DNA of 36,784 nucleotides from a virus (taxonomy: Duplodnaviria > Caudoviricetes), in the IMG/VR virus record IMGVR_UViG_3300037419_000926, positions 1 to 36,784 of that record; one strand, written 5' to 3'. Below the pieces are notes generated by a model. It was not told the origin of the DNA and did no database searches. It worked only from the letters and a program-made list of their open reading frames with translations. The position numbers were made by a program, and so were the translations under genes. Positions 23,489 through 33,019 of the stretch are shown here, piece by piece (positions within the stretch are counted from its first letter, which is position 1; each line of letters begins with the position of its first letter).

Positions 23489-23857
23489 TCAGGGGGCTGC
23501 AGGAGGCGGCTCGGGCGAGTGGATGTGCACGACGGCACCCGGGGCGGCAGCAGGCTGTGCCGCCTGCGCCTCGAGGCGGTCTATCGCGTCTCGCATCGAG
23601 CTCCCGCCGTTCGGGTGCAGCTCGTGCTCGATGGCGGCCAGGCGCGACGCGTGTGCGGTGAGCTGCTCCATGACGCCAGGCTTCGCCGGCGCGATGCCGG
23701 GCCGGGCCGGCTCGCCGTTCCAATCGTCGAGGAACTGCCCGACCCGGTGCACAAGCGGGCGCAGCGTCCGCACGACCGCGAAGACGGCGGAGAAGATGAC
23801 GCTCAGCACGCCGATGCCAAGAAGTGTCGCGTCGAGCCATGCGACTCCCGTCGTCAC
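23489..23857 (-). CDS. Membrane protein of the lysis region (DUF2746-like)
   Basis: N-terminal transmembrane helix, FLDDWNGEPARPG and ELHPNGGSSMRDAIDRLE. Confidence 0.75.
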   Translation of the reverse strand: MTTGVAWLDATLLGIGVLSVIFSAVFAVVRTLRPLVHRVGQFLDDWNGEPARPGIAPAKPGVMEQLTAHASRLAAIEHELHPNGGSSMRDAIDRLEAQAAQPAAAPGAVVHIHSPEPPPAAP

Positions 23858-24393
23858 GACGCAACCAGCTTCGCGCGCAGGAACGTCACCTCGGGCGCGG
23901 CAAAGGTCGCCAGGTTGCCGCCCGAAGTCTGGGTGCCGACGAGCTCGATGTAGTCGCCGACGGCGAGGACGTACGGGACAACGGGCGTCGCACAGTCGGT
24001 CGAGAAGCTGGCGAGAGGCGACTGCTGGTTCCTGACGATCCACGTCGTCCCGTTCAGCCGGACGCTCGCGATCCGGACGCCGGTCCCGTTGGACGAGAAG
24101 CGGATCGCGCCGCCGACCTCGTACGTGCCCGCCGTCCGAATCGTTAGGCGGGTGTTGTTGGTGACGTTGTCGTGCATCGGGGTGTCGCCCGACTGCACCA
24201 CGTCGTAGAGCTCGGCCGGCAGGTTGAGAGCCGTGTCGACGCCGGTCGTCAGCGTCTGCGCCGCGGTCGCGTAGGCGTAGCAGCGCGGGGGCGACGCCCA
24301 GAAGTTGATCGCGTCGCGCAGCGTGTTGAGCTTGGCCGCGACGCCGGTCGTGTCGCCGGGTGCGAAGGTACCGGGTGTCGGGATCGTGCCCAC
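23854..24393 (-). CDS. Minor tail protein
   Basis: Beta-rich C1q/TNF-like C-terminus (NTRLTIRTAGTYEV...LAVGDYIEL), and its position in the tail cluster. Confidence 0.75.
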   Translation of the reverse strand: MGTIPTPGTFAPGDTTGVAAKLNTLRDAINFWASPPRCYAYATAAQTLTTGVDTALNLPAELYDVVQSGDTPMHDNVTNNTRLTIRTAGTYEVGGAIRFSSNGTGVRIASVRLNGTTWIVRNQQSPLASFSTDCATPVVPYVLAVGDYIELVGTQTSGGNLATFAAPEVTFLRAKLVAS

Positions 24394-24405
24394 AGTGGCT
24401 CCTGT

Positions 24406-26823
24406 TCAGTAGGCGAGCGGGTAGGAGTCGAGCGCGCCGTAGGTCGGGTCGTCGAGGACGAGCGCGACCATGTGCGAGTACGGGCTCGCGTTCATGGCGT
24501 AGTCCCAGGCCGTGTCGCTGATCGTCAGCGTGTAGCCCTGCACGGTCTGCGAGAGCGAGCTCGCGGGCGCCTGCGACGGCATGCCCGTGATCTGCGCACG
24601 AACGCCAAGGTCGACGCCGGCGCGGATCAGCGCCCCGACCGTCGCGTCGGTCAGTGCGTCGACCGGCAGCTGCGTGAACCGGGTCCGCGGTGTGACGCCC
24701 GTGTAGAAGCGCCAGGCGACCGCAGCCGCGACGTCGTCGTCGGACGTCGTCACGAGGTCGAGGTCCTCGCTCAGTGGACCGTAGGCGTTGAGTGACGCCT
24801 GGTCGAACGTGCGCACCGTGGCGCCGCCCTGCCTCGAACCGGTGACGTCGTTCGTCACGAGCTGCAGGTTCTTCGCCAGGCGCGCCGACTCGTCGAGCAG
24901 CTCGGCCGGGATCGTGAGCGTCGGGCTCGCGGTCGAGTAGGAGCGGGCCCGGTTGTAGAACGTGAGCCGGCCGTCGGTGCCGGCGAACAGCAGCCCGGCC
25001 TCGGTGGTCTCGATCTTGCGCATGTAGTCCAGCGGGTCGAGCCCGGTCGTGTCGATGTGGCCGACGCTCGTGCTGTTGCCGACGTCGAGGTTCTGCCGCG
25101 CCGTCGGGAGCCCGATCCATGTGCAGACGCGGGCGATGCGCTGGTCGGACCGCTCGCCGGCGAAACCGGTCGTCATGGACTTCGCATGCTCGAGGAACTG
25201 CGCCGCCGTGAGCGGCGTCCCCCACACCGCGACGTGCGAGATCGTGCCGGCGTAGAACGCGGAGACGCCAGGCTGGCCGCCGATCGTGAGCGTGTCGAAC
25301 GTGCCGATCGACGAGCCGGGCATCGACGTCGTGCCGGCAGAGACGCCGTCGACGAACAGCTCGAGGGTGAAGTCGCTCGTCCCCGCACCGTTCGGAGTGA
25401 TCGCCACGCCGAGGATGTGCGTCGTCCCGTCGATCATCGACGCGCCCGAGCGGACCACCGACGAGTTGCCGGTGCCGAAGGTGAAGTCGGCGTTCCACGG
25501 GTGGAACGACGCGAACGGGCGACCGTCCGGCGCCGGGTTGTAGCCGAGCTGCAGCCGGTTGCCCTTCCGGTCCGACAGGGTGACGACCGGCTCGCCGAGC
25601 GTGCTCGTCGACGCGATGGCCGCGACGAGGGACACGCCCGAGCCGGCCCACCGCCCGGTCTCCGTGTTGACGGGTCCGACGTAGCCGGTCAGGTACTTCC
25701 CGTTCGTGAGGCTGGCGCTCGTCCAAACGGGGGACGATGCGCCGTCAGTCGGCACGCCTGTGCCCGAGCCGAACTCGAGCGTCCCGCCCGTGCCGATCTG
25801 CTCGACGCTCAGGATGCCGCCCGAGCCGGCGACCGAGGCGACGCTCGTGGCGTCGGACGGCTCGCCGAGCGGGAAGTGCAGCAGCGGGCTGTCGAGGGCG
25901 AGCGTCTCGACGACGACCGAGCGCAGCTTCTGCCGGTTGCCGATGCGGTTCGTCAGGTCGAGCGCGGTCAAGCTGGCCCGCGAGAACGTCTGCCCGCCGT
26001 CCGGCCACTCGACCGGCCACTCGTCGACGTGCCCGTCGAAAAGCGGCAGGACGACGGGCGCCGCGGTGGTGAACGTGCCGAGCGGGCCAGGGCCCTCGTC
26101 CATCATGACCGAGTCGACCCAGACCTGCTGTCCCGCGGTCGTCGCGGTCCGCGTGTAGATCGCGATGAATCGCGTCACGTCGTCGGCGACGAACGTGTGC
26201 GTAGCGTCGGCCCACGCGTCCTTCACGGTCACGTCCGCGCCGCCCGTCGAGCTGTTCGTGCTCAGGGCCGCCCGCAGGTGCACATTCGGGGAGCCGGTCG
26301 GCACGTAGACGCGGGCCCGGATCGTGTAGGTGCGTCCGATGGTCAGACCGCTGATGAACGTCCGCACGTTGGGCGTGAGCGCCAGGCCGGTCGGCCAGGT
26401 GACGAGCATCGACCTCGTGCCCTGGTCGGCGCGGACGGTGCTGCTCGACGGCGTCGAGCCGTTCGACGACGACCACAGCGAGCCCGACTCGAAGTCGGCG
26501 AGCGTCGACGGCACGAGGTTGCAGGCGCCGATCGTCGAGGCGTCGCGGTACGTCAGCCGGCACCGCTTCTGCGGGAGCACGTTCGGGTAGTACGGGCTCG
26601 AGGCGTTGTCGGGCGTGAACGCGCCGTCGGTGTTCTCCACCGACAGCGTCAGCCGCCCCGCGGCCGGCTTGTCGAACTCGTTCTCGCGGCCGCGGTTGAC
26701 CGTGAGCCCGGACGGCACATGCACACGCGACGACAGGTCGACCCACGCCGGCGTCGTCGCGTCAGGGTCGGTCGAGAACGCGACCTCGAACCGCAGGCCC
26801 TGCGCCGGGTTGGTGTCGGCCAC
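24406..26823 (-). CDS. Large minor tail protein with carbohydrate-binding-like and LamG-like domains
   Basis: Follows the tape measure gene. RGRENEFD...GRLTLSVENTDGAFTP; GLTIGRTYT...VYVP; LFVDG...TIGG...GTISHVAVW. Confidence 0.82.
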   Translation of the reverse strand: MADTNPAQGLRFEVAFSTDPDATTPAWVDLSSRVHVPSGLTVNRGRENEFDKPAAGRLTLSVENTDGAFTPDNASSPYYPNVLPQKRCRLTYRDASTIGACNLVPSTLADFESGSLWSSSNGSTPSSSTVRADQGTRSMLVTWPTGLALTPNVRTFISGLTIGRTYTIRARVYVPTGSPNVHLRAALSTNSSTGGADVTVKDAWADATHTFVADDVTRFIAIYTRTATTAGQQVWVDSVMMDEGPGPLGTFTTAAPVVLPLFDGHVDEWPVEWPDGGQTFSRASLTALDLTNRIGNRQKLRSVVVETLALDSPLLHFPLGEPSDATSVASVAGSGGILSVEQIGTGGTLEFGSGTGVPTDGASSPVWTSASLTNGKYLTGYVGPVNTETGRWAGSGVSLVAAIASTSTLGEPVVTLSDRKGNRLQLGYNPAPDGRPFASFHPWNADFTFGTGNSSVVRSGASMIDGTTHILGVAITPNGAGTSDFTLELFVDGVSAGTTSMPGSSIGTFDTLTIGGQPGVSAFYAGTISHVAVWGTPLTAAQFLEHAKSMTTGFAGERSDQRIARVCTWIGLPTARQNLDVGNSTSVGHIDTTGLDPLDYMRKIETTEAGLLFAGTDGRLTFYNRARSYSTASPTLTIPAELLDESARLAKNLQLVTNDVTGSRQGGATVRTFDQASLNAYGPLSEDLDLVTTSDDDVAAAVAWRFYTGVTPRTRFTQLPVDALTDATVGALIRAGVDLGVRAQITGMPSQAPASSLSQTVQGYTLTISDTAWDYAMNASPYSHMVALVLDDPTYGALDSYPLAY

Positions 26824-26836
26824 CGCGCGCCTCCTC

Positions 26837-29296
26837 TCAGCCCTCGAGCCCGAGCGGCCCAGACTGGCGCTTCACCTTGAGCAGCTCCTGCCAGAGCAGC
26901 CGGCCGTCGGGGGAGCGCAGGTTCACGGTCAGGTTGATGTCGCCGCCGCCAGAGCCGCCGCCTCGAGCCATCGCCTGCGACGTGTTCGCGTCGTAGATCC
27001 TCGACCCGCCCGGCACCTTCACGAGCTCGGGGCCCTGCTCGCCGACCCACGTCAGGCCGCCCCGCCAGGACGCCGTCCCTCGCGCGTTCCCGGCGTGCGC
27101 GACGAGGTGGCCGATGCCACCGACCCCGGCGATGAGCGACCGGGCCGCCGACGACATCGAGGCGCCTACCGACAGCGTGATCGGAACCGTCTTGCCCTTG
27201 ATCGCGGCTATCTCGGCCCGGATCGACTGCGCCTGGCGCGTGGCCGGCTGAGTCGGGACGGTGACGGTCGTCTTCTTCGCGGGCGGGGTCTTGTTGATCT
27301 CGCCGTTCATCGCCCGGACGGCGTCCTTCGTGAGGCCGAACTTGTTCGCCATGTCCTCGGCCGCCTTGCGGTTCCCGCCGTTCATCTGCATTGCCAGCTT
27401 GATGAACTTCGTTCGGGCAGTGTCGATCTGCTTGCTCGCGGTCGACATGCTGCCGCCCGCCTCGAGCGTCTTCCGAGACTGCTCGCCGGCGGCCTTCGCC
27501 AGGTCGAGGAGCGCCGACTTGTTCGCCCGACCCTTGGCCGTGTTGATGTCGAGCGTCCGGCCGTTCTCCTTGAGCGCCTTCGCGGCGTCGTCGACGGCAG
27601 CCTCGTACGCGATCGAGGCGTCGGCGGCGTCCATGTTCCGCGAGTAGTACTCGGCGAGCTGCTTGTTCACCTCGGACATGTCGACCGAGGCGCCCTTTGC
27701 GGCCGCCCCGACGGCGTCCATCGCGCCGGCGAAGATGTCGCTCGAGCCGGCCGCGTCGGTGGCGGCGTCGCCGGTCTTGACGCCCGCCTTTGCGAGTGCC
27801 TCCTGCTGGATGCGCGCCCCGTTCGCGGCGTCACCCGACCGGAGGAACGACTGCAGCAGACCCTCAGTGGCGCGTCCTTCGGCGGTGAACGCGCCGATGC
27901 CCTTCTGATGCTCGTTCACGAGCGCGACGAGCTTCGCACGCTGGTCGTCGAAGGCGGGCCCGCCAGCGATGGCGGCATCGGCCAGCTGACCGAAGTTGAT
28001 GCCGAGCTGCTGGACGAGGGCGACGTCCTCGGGGGACAGGTCGCCCATGATCTTCTTGACGATCGACGACCGGCTGTTCTCGGTGAACGCGCCCGTCTGC
28101 TTGTCGAGGGTCGCGGTCAGCTCGTCGGCGTATGCCTTCGCGTCAGCCTGCGCCTGCATCCACAGCGTCAGCCCGGCGGTCGCCGCGGTGAGCGCGATCC
28201 CCCACGGGCCGCCCATGAGCCCGAACAGCCCGGACCCAACAGCCTTGAGGCCACCCATCGCGGCCTGGCCGACCTTGACGCCGCCCGTCATCGACGAGAG
28301 CCCGGCCTTGAGACCGGCCAGGCCGCCGCCGGCGTCCTTCGCGTACAGGCCCGCGAGCCGGAACGACTCGCCCCACGCCTTGATAGGGCCGGCGCCCCGG
28401 CCGGCCACGCCGATGATCCGGTCGCCAGCCAGGCGCCAGATCGCCATCGCGGCCGCGCCCGCCAGGACGGGAGCCGGCAGCGACGACACCTCGTCGACGA
28501 CGTTCCCGACGACACCGATCGCTGACGTGAGGCCGTGAGTCACGGCCGTGACCGCCGGCAGGAGCTTCTGCCCGAGCTGCGCCTGCGTGTTCTCGAACTC
28601 GGCCTGCAGGATCTTCTGACTGTTCGCGAGCCCGCCCGAGGTGCGTGCGAAATCGCCCTGCGCCCTGGCGCTGTCCTTCGTGACGATGGCGAGCGTCGCG
28701 GCCGCCTTCTCCTGCGCGGTGAGCTCGCTCGCGTTCTTCTTGCCCGTCATCGCGAGCGCCTGCGTCTCGACGCGGGCGGCGTTGATGTTCGGGACGAGCC
28801 GCTGCAGCGAGTCGTACTCGCCGCGGAACGCGCCCGCCATCATGTCGGCGACCTCGGCCGTCGGCAGGTTGTTGAAGCTGCCCAGGTCGGCCGCGAGCTG
28901 GACGACTTGCTTCGACATGCCCGTCGCCTGGTCGCCGGCGAACCCGAGCTGCAGGAACATGTCGCCGAAGCCCGAGGCGGCCTCGAGCGCGGACGTCTTC
29001 GACAGGCCCATGCTCTTGTCGGCCGTGGACGCCCACGACAGGATGTCGTCGGCGTTCTTCCCGAAGATGACGCTCGACTTCGAGACGACCTCGTTCTGAT
29101 CCGAGGCGGCGGCGACGGTGTCGGCGCCGAACTTCACCACGGCCGCGCCGGCGAGCGCCGCCCCGGCGGCCCAGGCCTTCGACGCGCCGTCGATGAGGCT
29201 CGAGCTCTTCTCGGCGGTGTCGGCGACGCCCTTGATGCTCTTCGAGGCCGTGCGGTCCTCGCCGAGCAGCAGGTACTTGAGCGACAGGTCAGACAC
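26837..29296 (-). CDS. Tape measure protein
   Basis: 819-aa Ala/Gly-rich helical protein after the tail chaperones. AADLGSFNN motif and C-terminal WVGEQGPEL. Confidence 0.92.
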   Translation of the reverse strand: MSDLSLKYLLLGEDRTASKSIKGVADTAEKSSSLIDGASKAWAAGAALAGAAVVKFGADTVAAASDQNEVVSKSSVIFGKNADDILSWASTADKSMGLSKTSALEAASGFGDMFLQLGFAGDQATGMSKQVVQLAADLGSFNNLPTAEVADMMAGAFRGEYDSLQRLVPNINAARVETQALAMTGKKNASELTAQEKAAATLAIVTKDSARAQGDFARTSGGLANSQKILQAEFENTQAQLGQKLLPAVTAVTHGLTSAIGVVGNVVDEVSSLPAPVLAGAAAMAIWRLAGDRIIGVAGRGAGPIKAWGESFRLAGLYAKDAGGGLAGLKAGLSSMTGGVKVGQAAMGGLKAVGSGLFGLMGGPWGIALTAATAGLTLWMQAQADAKAYADELTATLDKQTGAFTENSRSSIVKKIMGDLSPEDVALVQQLGINFGQLADAAIAGGPAFDDQRAKLVALVNEHQKGIGAFTAEGRATEGLLQSFLRSGDAANGARIQQEALAKAGVKTGDAATDAAGSSDIFAGAMDAVGAAAKGASVDMSEVNKQLAEYYSRNMDAADASIAYEAAVDDAAKALKENGRTLDINTAKGRANKSALLDLAKAAGEQSRKTLEAGGSMSTASKQIDTARTKFIKLAMQMNGGNRKAAEDMANKFGLTKDAVRAMNGEINKTPPAKKTTVTVPTQPATRQAQSIRAEIAAIKGKTVPITLSVGASMSSAARSLIAGVGGIGHLVAHAGNARGTASWRGGLTWVGEQGPELVKVPGGSRIYDANTSQAMARGGGSGGGDINLTVNLRSPDGRLLWQELLKVKRQSGPLGLEG

Positions 29297-29299
29297 GCG

Positions 29300-29428
29300 T
29301 CACGCCTCCTCGGTTCGGGCCTTCACCCACTCGTCGGCCTGGCGGGCGAACATCACCCAGACGTGCCACGGCAGATCCCAGACGTTCCACGGGGAGATCG
29401 ACGGCCAGACGTGGCAGACGACCGTCAA
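29300..29428 (-). CDS. Tail assembly chaperone, second segment (-1 frame extension or TTG-coupled ORF)
   Basis: VCHVWPSISPWNVWDLPWHVW lies between the first chaperone and the tape measure gene, in the -1 frame. Confidence 0.6.
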   Translation of the reverse strand: MTVVCHVWPSISPWNVWDLPWHVWVMFARQADEWVKARTEEA

Positions 29429-29892
29429 TCGCTGATGGACGGCCGCTTCGATGTCTTCGCGGAGGTCCGCTTCTTGGAGCGTGACGCCGGCGCGCCTGCC
29501 CGACCGGAACCCGGTCGGGCTCGCCGAGGGTCCGCGGCGCCCGTCCTGTCCTGCTCGGGGTCGGGCTGGTCGCCGGGCTCGATGACGAAATGCATCCGCT
29601 CGAGCGGGGTTGAGATCGCCTCGTCGAACGACACGGTCTCGCCGGCGACGATGCGCGACGCCCAGACCGAAACCGCCGTCAGTAGCAGCGCCTCGGGGTG
29701 CCGCTCCCGCTCGTCCTTCGGCAGGATCGCGATCTCCTCGCGGATGCGCTCGACGTCCTGCCACGTCCACGGCGCCTCGCGGGTGGGGAAGCCGTTCGCG
29801 GCGCACTCGCGGTTGAACGCGAGCGCGTGCCGGATTGACAGGGCGTCGATGGTCTGGCCGTCGTAGACGGTGCCGTCGATGATGATCTTCAC
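29425..29892 (-). CDS. Tail assembly chaperone
   Basis: Position before the tape measure gene, with an overlapping -1 frame ORF. Confidence 0.75.
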   Translation of the reverse strand: MKIIIDGTVYDGQTIDALSIRHALAFNRECAANGFPTREAPWTWQDVERIREEIAILPKDERERHPEALLLTAVSVWASRIVAGETVSFDEAISTPLERMHFVIEPGDQPDPEQDRTGAADPRRARPGSGRAGAPASRSKKRTSAKTSKRPSISD

Positions 29893-30356
29893 GGGGAACC
29901 TTCCATGCTGCGGATCGCCTCACGCATCGCCTGCTCGATCGACTGCCGAACCCGGCGGCGACGGGCGAAGATGGTCGCGGAGAAGTAGCCGGGGTGGCCG
30001 ACCTGGCGCACCCAGGTGTCGCGGTTGCCGAGGACGGGGTGCCGCCAGCCGCGCCGGGCCTCCCACGCCTGCGACAACTGCGCCCGCGTGACGACCTGCA
30101 CGCCGGCTCGGCGACCGGCCAGGACAGACACGCGCGTGCCGGACGCGATACGGGCCCGTAGGCCCGTGTGGCGTGGGTGCGGGGACTTGGAGACGCCCGG
30201 CTGCCGTGCGGCCGCCTGGACGGCCGCACGGGCGTCCTGCCCGGCCTCGCGGAGCCGCTTGCGAAGTGCCACCTTCTGCGTCTTGTCGAACTGGCTCGAC
30301 TTGCCGAGGAGGGCCCGCAGGCTCGCAGGGTCGACCGAGACCTTGACGTGGTCCAC
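29889..30356 (-). CDS. HK97 gp10-like tail-completion/neck protein
   Basis: Basic protein with TGLRARI...GWRHPVLGNRDTWVRQVGHPGYF. Confidence 0.65.
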   Translation of the reverse strand: MDHVKVSVDPASLRALLGKSSQFDKTQKVALRKRLREAGQDARAAVQAAARQPGVSKSPHPRHTGLRARIASGTRVSVLAGRRAGVQVVTRAQLSQAWEARRGWRHPVLGNRDTWVRQVGHPGYFSATIFARRRRVRQSIEQAMREAIRSMEGSP

Positions 30357-30374
30357 AAGCCCTCCTCGAGCGCG

Positions 30375-31376
30375 TCAGAGCGCGGCGTCGGCGGTGCGGG
30401 TGACGACCCAGATCGGCTGCGCGGCCGTCAGGTTGTCGAGCCCGGTGAACGACATCGACTGCACGGGCAGGTCGCCGCCGTTGCTCTTGGGCAGCTCGCC
30501 GTCGAACTTGATCTCGGGGACGATGACCTGCAGCGTCTCGTTCCCGGTCGACAGCGCGGCGCCCGTGTAGGTCAGGACGAGCGACATCGGGGTGTCGGCC
30601 AGGACCGCGGCGCGCATCGTGGTGTCGGTGAACTCGACGTCCATCTTGCCGGTGATCTCGCGGAGCCCGACGAGCTGCTGTGCCTTCTTGCCGCCGCCGC
30701 CGATGTTGTACCGGTCGCCGCGCAGGTTGTTCGCGCACTGGATCGAGCCGCCGCGGACGTTCGCGACCGGGGTCAGCGCCGAGCCGAGCGTGGTCGTCGT
30801 CGGCGCGGTGAGCGTGCCCGTCGACAGGGTCGCGCCGGCGAAGCTGAACAGGTTCGCCCCGGATGCGTAGGACGGCGCGGTGTAGGCGCCGCCGGCCGTG
30901 ACGTCCTTGCAGTCGAGCGTCGCGCGCAGCGTGGGCACGTCGGCGTTGCCGAACGTGAACTCCCAGCTGTCGACCATCGCACCGACGAAGTCGAAGACGT
31001 CGACGGTGCCGCCGGCCGTCGGGATGCCCTTCTGCACCGACAGCGACGACGGAGTGTCGCCGAGGGTGAAGACCTGCTGGTAGGTCGTGCCCGACACGAG
31101 CGTCGAGGAGCCGGCCCCGAGGCACGCCTGCCACAGCAGACCGAGGCCCTTCGATGCCACCTCGACGACGACGTCGCCGCCGGCGTCCGAGGTGGTGACG
31201 ACGCGGCGGGCCGACCGCGCGACGCGGCTGCTCACGCGCAGGCCCTTGCCCTGGACGACGTTCTTCCGGAAGTCGAGCGTCTCGGAGACGAACTCGTACC
31301 ATCGCGTCGGGACGACCTTCGTCCCGAACGTCGACTCGACGCCGATCCCGACGCTGCAATCCTGCGTTGTGGTCAC
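30375..31376 (-). CDS. Major tail (tube) protein
   Basis: GIGVESTFGT..VPTRWYEF...SLSVQKG...REITGKMDVEF, at the expected position and size. Confidence 0.88.
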   Translation of the reverse strand: MTTTQDCSVGIGVESTFGTKVVPTRWYEFVSETLDFRKNVVQGKGLRVSSRVARSARRVVTTSDAGGDVVVEVASKGLGLLWQACLGAGSSTLVSGTTYQQVFTLGDTPSSLSVQKGIPTAGGTVDVFDFVGAMVDSWEFTFGNADVPTLRATLDCKDVTAGGAYTAPSYASGANLFSFAGATLSTGTLTAPTTTTLGSALTPVANVRGGSIQCANNLRGDRYNIGGGGKKAQQLVGLREITGKMDVEFTDTTMRAAVLADTPMSLVLTYTGAALSTGNETLQVIVPEIKFDGELPKSNGGDLPVQSMSFTGLDNLTAAQPIWVVTRTADAAL

Positions 31377-31681
31377 TGCTCCTCACCCTTCCCGGGCTCG
31401 TCGTCGCCGGCGTCCGCCGGCGTCGAGGTGTCGGCCTTGGCGGGCGCGTCGGCCTTCTTCTTGGTGGTCCGCTTGCGGGCGGTCCTCGGCTTCGGGGCCG
31501 GCTTGTCGGCGAGTTCGTAGTTCCCGACCTGCTCGAGCAGGGCGGTGCCGATCTCGTCGTCGACCTCGAAGACCTCGCCGGGCTCGAGGCAGCCGACGCC
31601 GTGCTCGCCGAAGGGCTCGCCCTCGCGGCGGATGAGCGGCAGGTCTACGGCGCCGAGCGGGTTGATGTTGCGCAGACGCAT
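31373..31681 (-). CDS. Hypothetical virion-associated protein
   Basis: LEPGEVFEVDDE small domain plus Lys/Ala tail, directly before the tail tube gene. Confidence 0.65.
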   Translation of the reverse strand: MRLRNINPLGAVDLPLIRREGEPFGEHGVGCLEPGEVFEVDDEIGTALLEQVGNYELADKPAPKPRTARKRTTKKKADAPAKADTSTPADAGDDEPGKGEEQ

Positions 31682-31698
31682 GACGGTGTGATCCCTTC

Positions 31699-32172
31699 TC
31701 AGATCCGAGCGGTGTAGGTCAGGGCGAACACGAGCAGGCACTCGGCGCCGTCGGGGGTCTGGTTCTGGTTGATCCGCACGTCGGTGATCCCGGCGGCGCG
31801 GATGCCTGGCAGGTCGAACGGGGTCGCGCCGGCGCGGGCCAGCGCAGCGACGACGCTGAGGATCTGGACGGCCCGGTCGCGTGCGACCTTCGCGTCGCCG
31901 CCGCCGTCGACTGTCGAGATCGCGCACTGCACCTGGCCGGCCTCGTCGCGGGCCCGGCCGGCGGCGTGCGCGAAGGTCTGCGTCGACTCGGCGCTGACGG
32001 CGCGGTCGGGGTCGCCCGGGTCGTCGATGCCGACCGCGAGGAAGTCGAGGGTCACGGGGAGCTGCTCGAGCGGGTAGCCGTCGAAGACCTCGGCGCCGTC
32101 CGGCCAGCCGGCAGCGCCGGGAGCCTGCGCGACGAGCGCGTCGATGACGTCATGCAGACGTGTCTCGGCCAT
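31699..32172 (-). CDS. Tail terminator-like protein
   Basis: VFDGYP...LAVG...ARDEAGQVQCAI...ARDRA, and its position. Confidence 0.7.
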   Translation of the reverse strand: MAETRLHDVIDALVAQAPGAAGWPDGAEVFDGYPLEQLPVTLDFLAVGIDDPGDPDRAVSAESTQTFAHAAGRARDEAGQVQCAISTVDGGGDAKVARDRAVQILSVVAALARAGATPFDLPGIRAAGITDVRINQNQTPDGAECLLVFALTYTARI

Positions 32173-32176
32173 CGCG

Positions 32177-32716
32177 TCACAGCTCCATGACGAACGGCTC
32201 GAGGAGCTCCTCGACGCGGTTCGGGAAGGTGAACCCAGGGCCGCGCTCCTCGGCCTGGCCGCGGGTGCGGCTCTCGCCGCGCTGTGTCTCCCAGAAGTGC
32301 CTCACGAGCTCGAGGACGGCGAGCTTGAGATCTGCGGGCACGTCGTCGGGGGTGGCGCCCCAGCCGGCCTGCCAGGCGACGTCGTAGACGCCGCGCGGGA
32401 AGTAGGTCCCCATGACGCCGAGCGACCACTGCACGACCCCGCCGGGGGAGACGAACAGGTCGGCGACGGGCACGGCGCTGCCGCCGACGAGCGTCACGCT
32501 AGTGAGCGACAGGACGGGGAAGTCGGGCAGGGCGAGACCTTCCGAACCGGTGCGGACTCGGGCGGTCTTCGCCTCGGCGACGAGCGGCCCGGTGCGGCGC
32601 GCGATGGCGGACTCGGCTCGGGCGATGAACGTCTCGAGGCGAGCGTCGGAGACGGCCGCCGTCGACGGCGACCCGAGGTGCTCCCGAGCCTCGCTGACGT
32701 GGACGGCGGCCGTCAT
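32177..32716 (-). CDS. Head-tail adaptor (gp6/gp15-like)
   Basis: EAREHL...LETFIARA...AGW...VPADLKLAVLELVRHFWETQR...VEELLEPF. Confidence 0.82.
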   Translation of the reverse strand: MTAAVHVSEAREHLGSPSTAAVSDARLETFIARAESAIARRTGPLVAEAKTARVRTGSEGLALPDFPVLSLTSVTLVGGSAVPVADLFVSPGGVVQWSLGVMGTYFPRGVYDVAWQAGWGATPDDVPADLKLAVLELVRHFWETQRGESRTRGQAEERGPGFTFPNRVEELLEPFVMEL

Positions 32717-32720
32717 GACG

Positions 32721-32933
32721 TCACGCCGTCTGCTGGTCGCCGCCGGCGCTGCGGCCGGCGGGCTTCTGGACGCGGGCGAGCTCGGCCTTCACGTCCTTCG
32801 CGCGGGCCTCGTTGCCTGCGCGCTCGTAGCCATCGAGCTCGGCTTTGAGGGCACGCACGTAGTCCTCGCGCTGGCGAGCGGCGTCCTCCTGCTGCGCCTT
32901 GGAGAGCTGCGGCTTCTGCTTGGCCTCGGCCAT
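32721..32933 (-). CDS. Hypothetical protein after the capsid gene
   Basis: YVRALKAELDGY...VKAELAR helical ORF with purine-rich SD. Confidence 0.65.
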   Translation of the reverse strand: MAEAKQKPQLSKAQQEDAARQREDYVRALKAELDGYERAGNEARAKDVKAELARVQKPAGRSAGGDQQTA

Positions 32934-32977
32934 GATCTGTCTCTCTTTCGTGTGTCGTGAGGGTGTTGCGAGGGTGA

Positions 32978-33010
32978 GCGGTCACGCCGCGACGAGCGCG
33001 GCGTGACCGC
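32978..33010 (-). terminator. Hairpin after the major capsid gene
   Basis: GCGGTCACGCCGCG-acgag-CGCGGCGTGACCGC 14-bp perfect stem. Confidence 0.65.
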
Positions 33011-33019
33011 CCGTGACGA

